Shown here in pieces: positions 1-7,964 of a stretch of 64,000 nucleotides of DNA; the stretch's first letter is position 1, and every line of letters starts with the position of its first letter. Location of the stretch: assembly GCA_017403825.1 (NCBI GenBank), contig JAFRDO010000016.1:25814-89813 (forward strand), written 5' to 3'. The notes under the pieces are model-generated. The model was not told the origin of the DNA, did not search any database, and saw only the letters and a program-made list of their open reading frames with translations. Source of the DNA: Kiritimatiellia bacterium. GTDB taxonomy: Bacteria; Verrucomicrobiota; Kiritimatiellia; RFP12; UBA1067. Position numbers and translations under genes: made by a program.

Positions 1-102
1 CATGCGGCCTGGCGACTTCGTCAGGTCGCTCCGGTCGGTGACACGCTTCTTGACGCGCTTGACATCGCGCTTGGCGCAGAGGGGGTGGCGGCCCGTGGCT
101 GA
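1..102 (+). CDS. 3' end of an upstream gene (partial, unknown product)
   Basis: Frame 1 is open from the window edge (HAAWRLRQ...AARG) to TGA at 100-102, overlapping the GTG start of the next gene. Confidence 0.5.
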   Translation, partial: HAAWRLRQVAPVGDTLLDALDIALGAEGVAARG

Positions 103-1483
103 CGGCTCCCAGCGCGCATTCTGGTCGGGACACTTCGCGTTCGTGCTTGCCGCCGCCGCGTCGGCCATCGGGCTCGGGAACCTCTGGCGCTTTCCCTACC
201 TTGCCGCCAGGTACGGCGGCGGCGTGTTCATAGCCACGTATCTTCTTTTCTCCCTTACGCTCGGCGTCACGCTGCTTGTCACCGAGATAGCGATAGGACG
301 CAGGTCGCGCCAGAGCCAGCTGACGGCGTTTCGCGAGCTCGGGTATCCTCGCTGGAATATCGTCGGCGTTCTTGCGACGGTCGTGCCGCTTTTCATTCTC
401 CCCTACTACAACGTGATAGGCGGTTGGGTGATGCGGTACTTCGTAGCCTATGTCTCGCTTGTAGCCGGCGGCAGCGGACTTGAGAACCCGCAGGCGTTCT
501 TCGACTCGTTCATAGCTGCGCCGTTGGAGCCGTTCGTCTACATGGTTGTCTTCACGTTCGTCACGTGCGCCGTGATCGTCATGGGCGTCAGGAACGGCAT
601 AGAGAAGTCGAACATGGTCATGATGCCCGTGCTGTTCCTGATGGCCGTGGGGCTTGCTGCCTACGTGGCTTGCCTGCCTGGTGCGGGCGAGGGCATCAGG
701 TATTACCTTGTGCCAGACTTCTCGTCGTGCGGCAGCATGGGCAAGGTGGCGCTCGGCGCGATGGGGCAGATGTTCTACTCGCTTTCGCTCGCAATGGGCA
801 TAATGATCACGTACGGCAGCTACATGAGGCGCGGCGACTCCCTGCCGCGTTCCGCCGTAAGGATCGTGGCGGCGGACACGTTCGTGGCCGTGCTGTCGGG
901 CTTTATGATAATTCCTGTCGTGGTGATTTTCGCTGCGCAGTCAGGTTCGGGACGTGCCGCTATCGACGCAGGCCCCGGCCTCATGTTCGTGACACTCCCG
1001 AGGGTGTTCGCGTCCCTCGGCGCGGCGGGCGCGTGGGTCGGTCTCGCGTTCTTCGTGCTAGTGCTGTTCGCGGCGTTCACGAGCGCGATTTCGATGAGCG
1101 AGGCGTGCGTCGCGGCGGTCTGCGACTTCTTTCACATCGGGCGCAACGCTTCGGTTGCGGCGATTTGCGTGTGGTGCGTCTGGATCGGGTCGCTCTCGGC
1201 GTTCGGCTACGGACGATGGTCGGCGTTCAAGCCGTTCGGCATGCCCGCGCTAGACTTCTTCGACAGCTCGATGAACGTGCTGACGCCGATCGTAGCGACG
1301 CTTATCTGCGTGTTCGTCGGCTGGGCGGCCAAGCCGCGGCTCGTGACAGACGAGGCAGGTATGGGTGGGCGCGCGGCGCGGCTCTATAGCTTCATGATCC
1401 GCTATTTCGCTCCGCTGCTGCTCGCGGCGATACTCCTGTCCGAAGTCTGTCGCAGCCTCGGCATCGGCGGCTGGTCCATCTGA
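95..1483 (+). CDS. Sodium-dependent transporter, NSS/SNF family
   Basis: SAIGLGNLWRFPY and GQMFYSLSL motifs with about 11-12 hydrophobic segments. GTG at 95 preceded by GAGGGGG is a more likely start than the ORF-track start at 2. Confidence 0.92.
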   Translation: MADGSQRAFWSGHFAFVLAAAASAIGLGNLWRFPYLAARYGGGVFIATYLLFSLTLGVTLLVTEIAIGRRSRQSQLTAFRELGYPRWNIVGVLATVVPLFILPYYNVIGGWVMRYFVAYVSLVAGGSGLENPQAFFDSFIAAPLEPFVYMVVFTFVTCAVIVMGVRNGIEKSNMVMMPVLFLMAVGLAAYVACLPGAGEGIRYYLVPDFSSCGSMGKVALGAMGQMFYSLSLAMGIMITYGSYMRRGDSLPRSAVRIVAADTFVAVLSGFMIIPVVVIFAAQSGSGRAAIDAGPGLMFVTLPRVFASLGAAGAWVGLAFFVLVLFAAFTSAISMSEACVAAVCDFFHIGRNASVAAICVWCVWIGSLSAFGYGRWSAFKPFGMPALDFFDSSMNVLTPIVATLICVFVGWAAKPRLVTDEAGMGGRAARLYSFMIRYFAPLLLAAILLSEVCRSLGIGGWSI

Positions 1484-1670
1484 GGCATAGTTTCTTTGCA
1501 TAGGCCTTGCGGCGGCTGCTCGTCCGAACCGCAGTTTGCGGGCACCCCCGACATGATTTTGACGCGCGAGCATAGCTCGCGCCTGTTACCGCCTGGGGTC
1601 AAAATCACGTCGGACCCGCAAACGTGTCTCTCGTCCGACAGCCGCCTCCAGGCCTCGGCAAAGCGGTGCC
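1484..1670. other. 187-nt rod-like imperfect inverted repeat (candidate structured ncRNA or MITE/REPIN-like element)
   Basis: Nested arm pairs ggcat/gtgcc, ctttgc/gcaaag, aggcct/aggcct, ggcggctg/cagccgcc, gtttgcggg/cccgcaaac, ccgacatgattttgac/gtcaaaatcacgtcgg, plus inner hairpin gcgcgagc-ata-gctcgcgc. Confidence 0.7.
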
Positions 1671-1771
1671 ATTTCTGGCTTCGAAACTAGCGCAAATGAT
1701 GCTGGCACTTCTGACGGAGCCGACACGGAGTCGGGCTTGAAGCCTGATGAAGCGACGGGAAAGCAAGGGAA

Positions 1772-1908
1772 GCGACCCGATTTTCGGAGAAGGCTTTCCC
1801 GCGGCAACGGAACACTCTCCAAGCAGGCCGCGGGAAAGAACGGCGGAGAAAATCGATGTCGCACCCCGCGGCTTTCCCGGCTTTCAGGCCCGTATCCGGG
1901 CCGGAAAG
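1772..1908. repeat. Two further intergenic hairpins (1772-1862 and 1881-1908)
   Basis: Perfect 12-bp stem ctttcccgcggc (1794-1805)/gccgcgggaaag (1827-1838) inside gcgacccgattttc/gaaaatcgatgtcgc. Second hairpin ctttc-a-ggcccg-tatc-cgggcc-g-gaaag. Confidence 0.65.
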
Positions 1909-2052
1909 AGCGGAATCACCAGCGAAAGACCGGCTCCGGGTTGGCTCCGGCCTGTGCGAAAAGAAAATCGGGATATATGCATGTGTGCGCAAAATTATCA
2001 CCGAGCAGATAACTCTCTTGCAGAGTCGCGGCGCTTCGTTGCGTCGGGAATG

Positions 2053-2061
2053 TGGTATAAT
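2053..2061 (+). promoter_or_regulatory. Extended -10 promoter (TGG-TATAAT), ATG 8 nt downstream
   Basis: tgtggTATAATgttcaccaATG, no Shine-Dalgarno. Confidence 0.7.
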
Positions 2062-2069
2062 GTTCACCA

Positions 2070-3089
2070 ATGTATCCGGACATATCGCTTTGGCTTTCCA
2101 TAGCCTTCATGATTGTCGGCTTCGCGGCACTCGCGTGGTCGAGCGACTTGTTCGTGGTCGGCTCTTCCGCATTAGCGCGGGCAATGGGCATATCGCCGTT
2201 CGTCATCGGTATGGTGGTCATCGGTTTCGGCACTAGCGCGCCGGAACTTGTCGTGTCGATGCTGTCGGGCTTCTCCGGCCACGCCAACCTCTCGCTCGGC
2301 AACGCCTACGGCAGCTGTGTCTTCAACACGGCGATCATTCTGGGCGTGGCGGCGCTCATCGCCCCGCTCGCCGTGAAGCCTTCCGTGTCGCTTGTCGCCG
2401 GCCCGGGGCTGGCTGCCATTTCGCTCTTTTCCCTCTGGCTTTTGCGTGACGGCGCATGCGGACGCGTCGAGGCTGCCGCGCTGCTGGCGACGTTCGCAAT
2501 CGTCATGCCCCTTTACTGTTGGTACGACCAGTGGGTCAAGGGAGCGATCGGGAGAAAGTCGCCGTCCGCGGGCTTGCCGGCGTCGGAGGAGCACGCCGGC
2601 CTTGCGAAGCCAGTGCTTCAAGTGCTCGCTGGACTGGTGGTTCTGATTGGCTCCGCGCATATTCTCGTCTGGGGCGCGGTGGATTTCGCGAAGGCGTTGC
2701 ACGTGAGCGACCTCTTGATCGGACTTACAATCGTTGCGGTCGGCACGTCTCTTCCGGAGCTGGCAAGCGCGATAGCGTCGGCCCGCCGTGGCGAACATGA
2801 ATTCGTGCTGGGCAACATCGTAGGATCCAATCTCTTCAACATGCTGGCGGTCGTTGGGCTGGCGACGGTGATTTCGCCGGTCACGCCGGAGAACGGCGGG
2901 TTCTCTCGCTATGTCCTGACCCGCGACCTGCCGCTGCTGACCCTCCTCTCGCTGTCGATCACGGTCTTTGGCGTCAACTGGCGCAGTCCGCGCAGTCCTG
3001 GCGCAATCACGCGTCCGAAGGCGCTCGTCTGGCTTCTTGTTTTCGTTGCCTACACGGCGCTAATGTTCATACAGGAGACTCATGGCTAA
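2070..3089 (+). CDS. Calcium/sodium antiporter (YrbG-like, CaCA family)
   Basis: Two alpha repeats, GTSAPE...GNAYGS and GTSLPE...GNIVGSN; highly hydrophobic. Confidence 0.92.
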   Translation: MYPDISLWLSIAFMIVGFAALAWSSDLFVVGSSALARAMGISPFVIGMVVIGFGTSAPELVVSMLSGFSGHANLSLGNAYGSCVFNTAIILGVAALIAPLAVKPSVSLVAGPGLAAISLFSLWLLRDGACGRVEAAALLATFAIVMPLYCWYDQWVKGAIGRKSPSAGLPASEEHAGLAKPVLQVLAGLVVLIGSAHILVWGAVDFAKALHVSDLLIGLTIVAVGTSLPELASAIASARRGEHEFVLGNIVGSNLFNMLAVVGLATVISPVTPENGGFSRYVLTRDLPLLTLLSLSITVFGVNWRSPRSPGAITRPKALVWLLVFVAYTALMFIQETHG

Positions 3090-3753
3090 TGTAATCGCAA
3101 TCGATGGCCCGTCCGGGGCCGGGAAGAGCAGCGTGTCGCGGCTCGTCGGAAAGAAGTTGGGCTATCTGCACGTCGACTCCGGCGCGCTCTACCGCATCAT
3201 GACCTGGCAGTGCCTGGTGCACGGGGTGGATACGTCCGATCCTGCGGCCGTCGTGAAGTTCGTCAGGAACGTTACGGTGGAGAGCCGTCCCGAGGACGGC
3301 GCCATCGCCTACTATGTCGGCGGCGAGACGCCTGGTGATCGCATACGCACGCCCGAGGTGACGGCTCACGCGTCGGAGGTCGCGCGGCTGCCCGAGGTGC
3401 GCGAGATCATTACGTCCGCTCTCCGCGGCATGGCGTCCTGCGGGAACCTGGTCGTCGAAGGCCGCGACATCACGACCGCGGTCTTTCCGGACTCTCCGGC
3501 GCGGTTCTACCTGACTGCGAGCGCAGAGGCGCGGGCGCGGCGGCGGCAGAAGGAGGAAGTCGAGAAGGGGATCGCGAACCAGTCGGCGGAGACGGTCAAG
3601 GCGTCCCTCCTTGCGCGAGACCGCATGGACTCCTCCCGCGCCTGCGCTCCGCTGCGCAAGGCAGACGGCGCGCTTGAGATCGATTCCAGCGACATGACGC
3701 TCGAAGAGGTCGTGGAGACCGTTCTCGCCGCACTGCCGCCGTCGTGGCGGTAA
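3082..3753 (+). CDS. cmk: Cytidylate kinase
   Basis: IAIDGPSGAGKSS P-loop, DSGALYR, VVEGRDI, RDRMDSSR.APL. Confidence 0.95.
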   Translation: MANVIAIDGPSGAGKSSVSRLVGKKLGYLHVDSGALYRIMTWQCLVHGVDTSDPAAVVKFVRNVTVESRPEDGAIAYYVGGETPGDRIRTPEVTAHASEVARLPEVREIITSALRGMASCGNLVVEGRDITTAVFPDSPARFYLTASAEARARRRQKEEVEKGIANQSAETVKASLLARDRMDSSRACAPLRKADGALEIDSSDMTLEEVVETVLAALPPSWR

Positions 3754-3775
3754 CAGGGCCGTGTCGACGTGACGG

Positions 3776-3848
3776 TTTGCTAGCATGGCGACATGGCGCA
3801 TTCGGCGAAGATGAGCGACTCCATGTGCTCGTCGCGCCATCTAGCAGA
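3776..3848. terminator. Long imperfect hairpin between convergent cmk and Rrf2 genes (possible bidirectional terminator or REP-like element)
   Basis: tgctag/ctagca, atggcg/cgccat, acatgg/ccatgt, ttcg-g-cgaa; no clear U-tract. Confidence 0.45.
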
Positions 3849-3858
3849 ATGGGCCGCA

Positions 3859-4299
3859 TCATAGGCGACAGTCGCCGGATGCGCTGCCGTTTCTTGTCCG
3901 CTTCATGACGTTTGCGAGCGTGACGGTGGCGAGGGCATTCTTAATCGTTGCGTTGAGGTCCGCCCAGATGCTGCGGGCTGGGCATTTCGCGTGGCGTCTG
4001 CAAGTCTGAGGCGCCGTTAGGCATTTCAGTATGGAGACCGGGCCGTCGAGCGTCTCGGAGATGTCCAGAATGGTGATGTCTTCCGGCGGCCTTGCCAGGC
4101 GCAGCCCGCCGCCAACGCCGCGCTCGGCGCTGATGAGATGGGCACGCTTCAGAGGAACTGCGAGCCTGCTTATGAACGCAGCCGAGATGGCTTGCGACGC
4201 AGCAATCGCGCCAATCGTCCGCGGCGATTCGCTTTGCTCGTGCTGCGCGATGTCGAGGAGAATCCTGAGACCGTACCGTGTCTTGGCTGATATTTTCAT
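3859..4299 (-). CDS. Rrf2-family transcriptional regulator (IscR/CymR/NsrR-like, three Cys)
   Basis: MKISAKTRYGLR N-terminus, RGVGGGLRLARPPEDIT wing, C-x6-C-x5-C cluster. Confidence 0.92.
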   Translation of the reverse strand: MKISAKTRYGLRILLDIAQHEQSESPRTIGAIAASQAISAAFISRLAVPLKRAHLISAERGVGGGLRLARPPEDITILDISETLDGPVSILKCLTAPQTCRRHAKCPARSIWADLNATIKNALATVTLANVMKRTRNGSASGDCRL

Positions 4300-4308
4300 T
4301 TGTCCGGA

Positions 4309-4317
4309 AGTATATCA
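4309..4317 (-). promoter_or_regulatory. Extended -10 (TGA-TATACT) of Rrf2 gene, ATG 9 nt downstream
   Basis: Minus strand tgaTATACTtccggacaaATG. Confidence 0.6.
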
Positions 4318-4359
4318 TATAGGGTGACGATGGGCAATGCAGAAAGATAACCGAACTGG

Positions 4360-4389
4360 TTGACATTTACGGCTGCGGTTTGGTATACT
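4360..4389 (+). promoter_or_regulatory. Sigma70-type promoter TTGACA-18-TATACT with TG extension
   Basis: TTGACA 4360-4365, tgg TATACT 4384-4389. Confidence 0.75.
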
Positions 4390-4399
4390 ACTCGCCAAT

Positions 4400-4418
4400 G
4401 ACAACCAAAAAGGTTGTC
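4400..4418. promoter_or_regulatory. Perfect 7-5-7 inverted repeat, candidate operator or 5'UTR hairpin
   Basis: GACAACC-AAAAA-GGTTGTC just downstream of the promoter, in the divergent region shared with the Rrf2 gene. Confidence 0.45.
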
Positions 4419-4455
4419 TATTAAGGAGAAAAATTGGGTAAGGAGAAAAATTGAG

Positions 4456-7400
4456 ATGAGAGTTGAGACGAGCAACACCATCCGAAAGGCTTGCGGTAAG
4501 CTGCCGCTAATTGTCGTCGCTGCGTCATGTGCTTGCGCATTGTCTGCCGCTGAACTGCCCGTTCCAGTTTCCTCTGAGGTGGGGACTGGCTTCTGGATGG
4601 AAAACTTTGCCGCCGCCACGAATCTTGCGCACAAGACTTCCATGCCACTTGTGCTGTTTTGGGCGAACATGAAGTGCACCTACTGCGGATACCTCGAAGA
4701 GGCCGTCAACACAAAGGCGTTCAAGACATGGCAGAAGGCCCATGCCGACTACATCTACTGCTATGTCCAGGGCGTGAACAGCGTCGATGTCGCGCCCAAC
4801 GAAGGTGTGGACGTCCGGCAGTTCGCCCGTAGTGCCGCCGGCACTCTCGATCCTTCCAAATACATTTCCTCCTATCCGATCATCTGCCTTTACTGGCCAC
4901 AGAAAGCTGGCAAGGCGAAAGTCTCGTCGTTCGTCGGGCGTACCGGCAAGATGCTCGTTAAGGCCAGCGGGAGGACGCTTGCCCAAGAGCTGGAGGACAG
5001 TGTTTCGCAGTTCTTTTCGACTTATGTTGCCCCAAAGACTGAAATCGCATTCCGATGCGGGGATTCGGCCGGCACGTTGGGACTGGAGAACCGCAACGAC
5101 AGGCTGGAGGCGGATCCGTCGACAAGGCGCGTGCAAGTGCCGCTTGTCCGCAATGGATCCATCGTTGGCAAGGTGCGGGGAACGCTCGTCATCGAATGGC
5201 CAGGCGTCATCAAGCCGGTGGAGAGCAATGCCGTTGCATGGGCCGCGCTTGAAAAGAATGTATATGCGCCTGTCGATCTCGCGCTTCCTGACGGTGTTGA
5301 GTTTCCGGAGGGCGAGCGCATCGTTCTGACCCTTCTGGACGGCGCTGGAGCGCCTGTCGCCACAAATGCCATCACGTTCGTCGGCGCCAAGGCGAACACA
5401 AACACCAATCCGTTCTGGCTCGGCGAACGCGACGTAAATTCGCTCGGCGTCGCCGAATGGACGCATGACTATGACCTTGTCCGCGCCAGGATTGCCGCCG
5501 GCAAGGCGGACTACACGCTCGCGCTTTTCTCTGGCACGCTGTGGTGCCCTTATTGCAGGGGGATAGACGAGTCGCTTTTCCAGTCAGACGAGTTCAAGGC
5601 ATGGTGCGAGGCGAACCGGGTGCAGGTGGCGCTCTTCGACCAGGCGCAGCTGCCGGCGAACGGCGGCGGATCGCAGCTGCTCACATACATCCCGAGTGTC
5701 GAGCACATCGCCAACAAAGACGTCGTCACGGGGGCATCCTATCTTTCGCGGCATGGCCTGCGCGACGATGCCGATGACGTGGTGCATGTGCGCGAGCGCA
5801 CTGTGAACTACTCGACGGTGAAGTGGCTCACGCCGGAGACGGCCAGCGTCCGCCTCAGCAACCCGACCGTGCTCCTGATCGACGCCAACGACAACGTGGT
5901 GGGGCGGTTCAACGCCTGGCGCGACCGCAATAAAGTGTTTGACCACGCCCTCGGCAACAAATATTACGAGCCGTCCGAGAACCTTGCGCGTCTTGATGAC
6001 CTGCTCATGCTCGCAAAGCGCGGCAGCGAACGGCAGGATTACGCATCTACGACGACAAACGTGCTCAAACTCGGCGGGACTGCCGCCTCGCATTTTCAGG
6101 TGAACGACGCTCGCGACCATTACTTGCTTAAGCCGTCTTCGCGCGGCAAGCTCGCCGTTTCCGTGTCCGGCAAGACTTCCGACCGCCAGGTTCGCCTGGC
6201 TTTTGTGTGCGATGGCGTGGAGACGGCGTTTTCCACGAACGGGGAACTGTCCGTCGAAATCTCGCGTGCAGAACTCGCGGCTGAGCGTCTCGTACTGCGC
6301 GTGAGCGCGCCTGACTTCACCGACATGGCAGCAAACACACGCTTCGGAGCCGGCTCGTCCTTTGATGCAACTCTGAAAAGTTCGTTCGAACCAAGTCAGG
6401 ACGAGGCTACGGTCTACACCACGTTCGACTCCTCGGCCGTGCTTTCCAGCTATGTCGTCACCAACGGCCAGAAGGTGACTGTCAAGCTGTCCTCTGGCAA
6501 TCTGCCAAAAGGCGTTGCCCTCGTCTGGGATGTGGCGACGTCTTCTGTCATCGTCAAAGGCGTGGCCGCCTCGGAGGGAAGCTACCCAATCACGTACAAG
6601 GTGACGATCAAGGACAGCACGGGAGCGACGGTTCTCTCGGAAAAGGCAGTGGGAGTGGTGAAGGCCAACGTTCCTTCAGCTGTCAATCCCTACTACGGCA
6701 GCGCGTTCGTCGCATCCGTGCCGATCTACACTACGGACATGTGGGGGGTCAAGACGCTCTCCTCGTACATACGGATATCGCAGACGTCGAAAAAGACGCT
6801 CAGCGTCAAGCGCTTTGCAGACGCGGCCATGTCGTTCTCCGGTGGGTGGAAGAAGCTCAACTCCAAAACGGGCGCGCTGAGCACATCGCTTAAGAGCGGA
6901 AAGACTAAAGTCTCCATCTCGCTCTCTCCTGCCGGAAAGCTCTCCGCGGCTATCAACGGGGACCGGGGTGAGGTTTCCGTAGCGAATGGCTACAAGCGCT
7001 TCGCCGGTTCGTACACCGTGACGTTGCCAGTGTCCGAGACGACGGCGTGGTATTACACGTTCGGAGCCGGCTACCTGACGTTGAAGGCAAAGACCCTAAA
7101 CAAGCGAAAGGGTCTCATCGACTACGCAGGTGCGCTTCCCAACGGCGTCGCCGTCAGCGGCTCTGCATATCTCGGAGGGGATCCCGACGACCCGGATTTC
7201 GCATTACTGCCGATATACAAGCGTTCTTCTCGGAAGCTCTCTAACGGAAGCAAGAAATACAAGGCGTACGACGCGCTAGTTGCCGTGTTGCGGATCCGGG
7301 CCGACGGCGAGACGCTTTACGCCGATCCGGAGAGGAACCGCATAATCCTTGCGCCGGATGGCGTCAGCGCGCTATGGCGTCGCTCCACGTCTGCCGCCGA

Positions 7401-7776
7401 CAACTCGCTTGAGGCGACGATGTCGATCTTCGGCGGTTACTACGTGCCGGGCGCTTCGCTGAACGACTGGCTTGCGCTTTTCGACCTTGGAACCGAGAAA
7501 GACCTCTTTGCGACCGTTGACGGCGCAAAGGCGCCCGCAGTCTGGAAGTTCTCGCCCGAGACAGGCGTCATCACCGGCACGGCAAAGGTCGCAGTTGACA
7601 GGCGCACGGTAACTGCATCGTTCGGGGGCGTGATTCTTCCTGGCTGGATCGACTGCGGATGCGGCGACGAACTTCCGGTGCGCCCTTTTGCAAGCGGTAC
7701 GTTCTACTACTCCAACAGCGTGAACGGCTTCTCGACGCCGGCCTCACTTGAATTCGACTTGAACGCGCCGCAATGA
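4456..7776 (+). CDS. Large secreted protein with two thioredoxin-like CxxC domains, Ig-like domain and Lys-rich beta C-terminal module
   Basis: Signal peptide (LIVVAASCACALSA), LVLFWANMKCTYC and LFSGTLWCPYC, putative Ig (NLPKGVALVWD...GSYPITYKV). ATG 4456 follows AAGGAG. Confidence 0.8.
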   Translation: MRVETSNTIRKACGKLPLIVVAASCACALSAAELPVPVSSEVGTGFWMENFAAATNLAHKTSMPLVLFWANMKCTYCGYLEEAVNTKAFKTWQKAHADYIYCYVQGVNSVDVAPNEGVDVRQFARSAAGTLDPSKYISSYPIICLYWPQKAGKAKVSSFVGRTGKMLVKASGRTLAQELEDSVSQFFSTYVAPKTEIAFRCGDSAGTLGLENRNDRLEADPSTRRVQVPLVRNGSIVGKVRGTLVIEWPGVIKPVESNAVAWAALEKNVYAPVDLALPDGVEFPEGERIVLTLLDGAGAPVATNAITFVGAKANTNTNPFWLGERDVNSLGVAEWTHDYDLVRARIAAGKADYTLALFSGTLWCPYCRGIDESLFQSDEFKAWCEANRVQVALFDQAQLPANGGGSQLLTYIPSVEHIANKDVVTGASYLSRHGLRDDADDVVHVRERTVNYSTVKWLTPETASVRLSNPTVLLIDANDNVVGRFNAWRDRNKVFDHALGNKYYEPSENLARLDDLLMLAKRGSERQDYASTTTNVLKLGGTAASHFQVNDARDHYLLKPSSRGKLAVSVSGKTSDRQVRLAFVCDGVETAFSTNGELSVEISRAELAAERLVLRVSAPDFTDMAANTRFGAGSSFDATLKSSFEPSQDEATVYTTFDSSAVLSSYVVTNGQKVTVKLSSGNLPKGVALVWDVATSSVIVKGVAASEGSYPITYKVTIKDSTGATVLSEKAVGVVKANVPSAVNPYYGSAFVASVPIYTTDMWGVKTLSSYIRISQTSKKTLSVKRFADAAMSFSGGWKKLNSKTGALSTSLKSGKTKVSISLSPAGKLSAAINGDRGEVSVANGYKRFAGSYTVTLPVSETTAWYYTFGAGYLTLKAKTLNKRKGLIDYAGALPNGVAVSGSAYLGGDPDDPDFALLPIYKRSSRKLSNGSKKYKAYDALVAVLRIRADGETLYADPERNRIILAPDGVSALWRRSTSAADNSLEATMSIFGGYYVPGASLNDWLALFDLGTEKDLFATVDGAKAPAVWKFSPETGVITGTAKVAVDRRTVTASFGGVILPGWIDCGCGDELPVRPFASGTFYYSNSVNGFSTPASLEFDLNAPQ

Positions 7777-7800
7777 AGATAGAGTATCAGGGCAACTAAG

Positions 7801-7840
7801 AAGAGGCCTCCGCGACAAACGTCGCGGAGGCCTCTTTCTG
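7801..7840 (+). terminator. Rho-independent terminator
   Basis: Perfect 16-bp stem aagaggcctccgcgac-aaac-gtcgcggaggcctctt followed by tctg, 24 nt after the stop. Confidence 0.85.
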
Positions 7841-7937
7841 GAAAAGGGTCAGCGCAAAAACCGTCATCAGTGAGTACGGCGGTGAAATCTATGGTGCGGA
7901 TTCAGACTTTTCAGTGCCTGTTCGCATATCATAATCA

Positions 7938-7946
7938 TGGTATAAT
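7938..7946 (+). promoter_or_regulatory. Extended -10 (TGG-TATAAT) upstream of larE
   Basis: catggTATAATattc. Confidence 0.65.
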
Positions 7947-7964
7947 ATTCACATCTAATTAAAG

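Noticed and set aside
1484-1975. SRP RNA, RNase P RNA, tmRNA or cobalamin riboswitch
   Set aside because: Diagnostic motifs (CAGG-GNRA-AGCAG, GAGGAAAGUCC, tRNA-like ends, B12 box) were not found on either strand. The partial gcccgcaaactg resemblance is insufficient
1496-2103. Several 60-130-aa ORFs in the NSS-antiporter gap
   Set aside because: They have no SD or motifs, overlap one another, and are Arg/Pro/Ser-rich. The region is better explained by inverted repeats
1582-3757. 12-mer GGCGGTAACAGG shared between the hairpin (minus strand) and the cmk stop region
   Set aside because: Many 12-mer matches are expected by chance in 64 kb of GC-rich DNA
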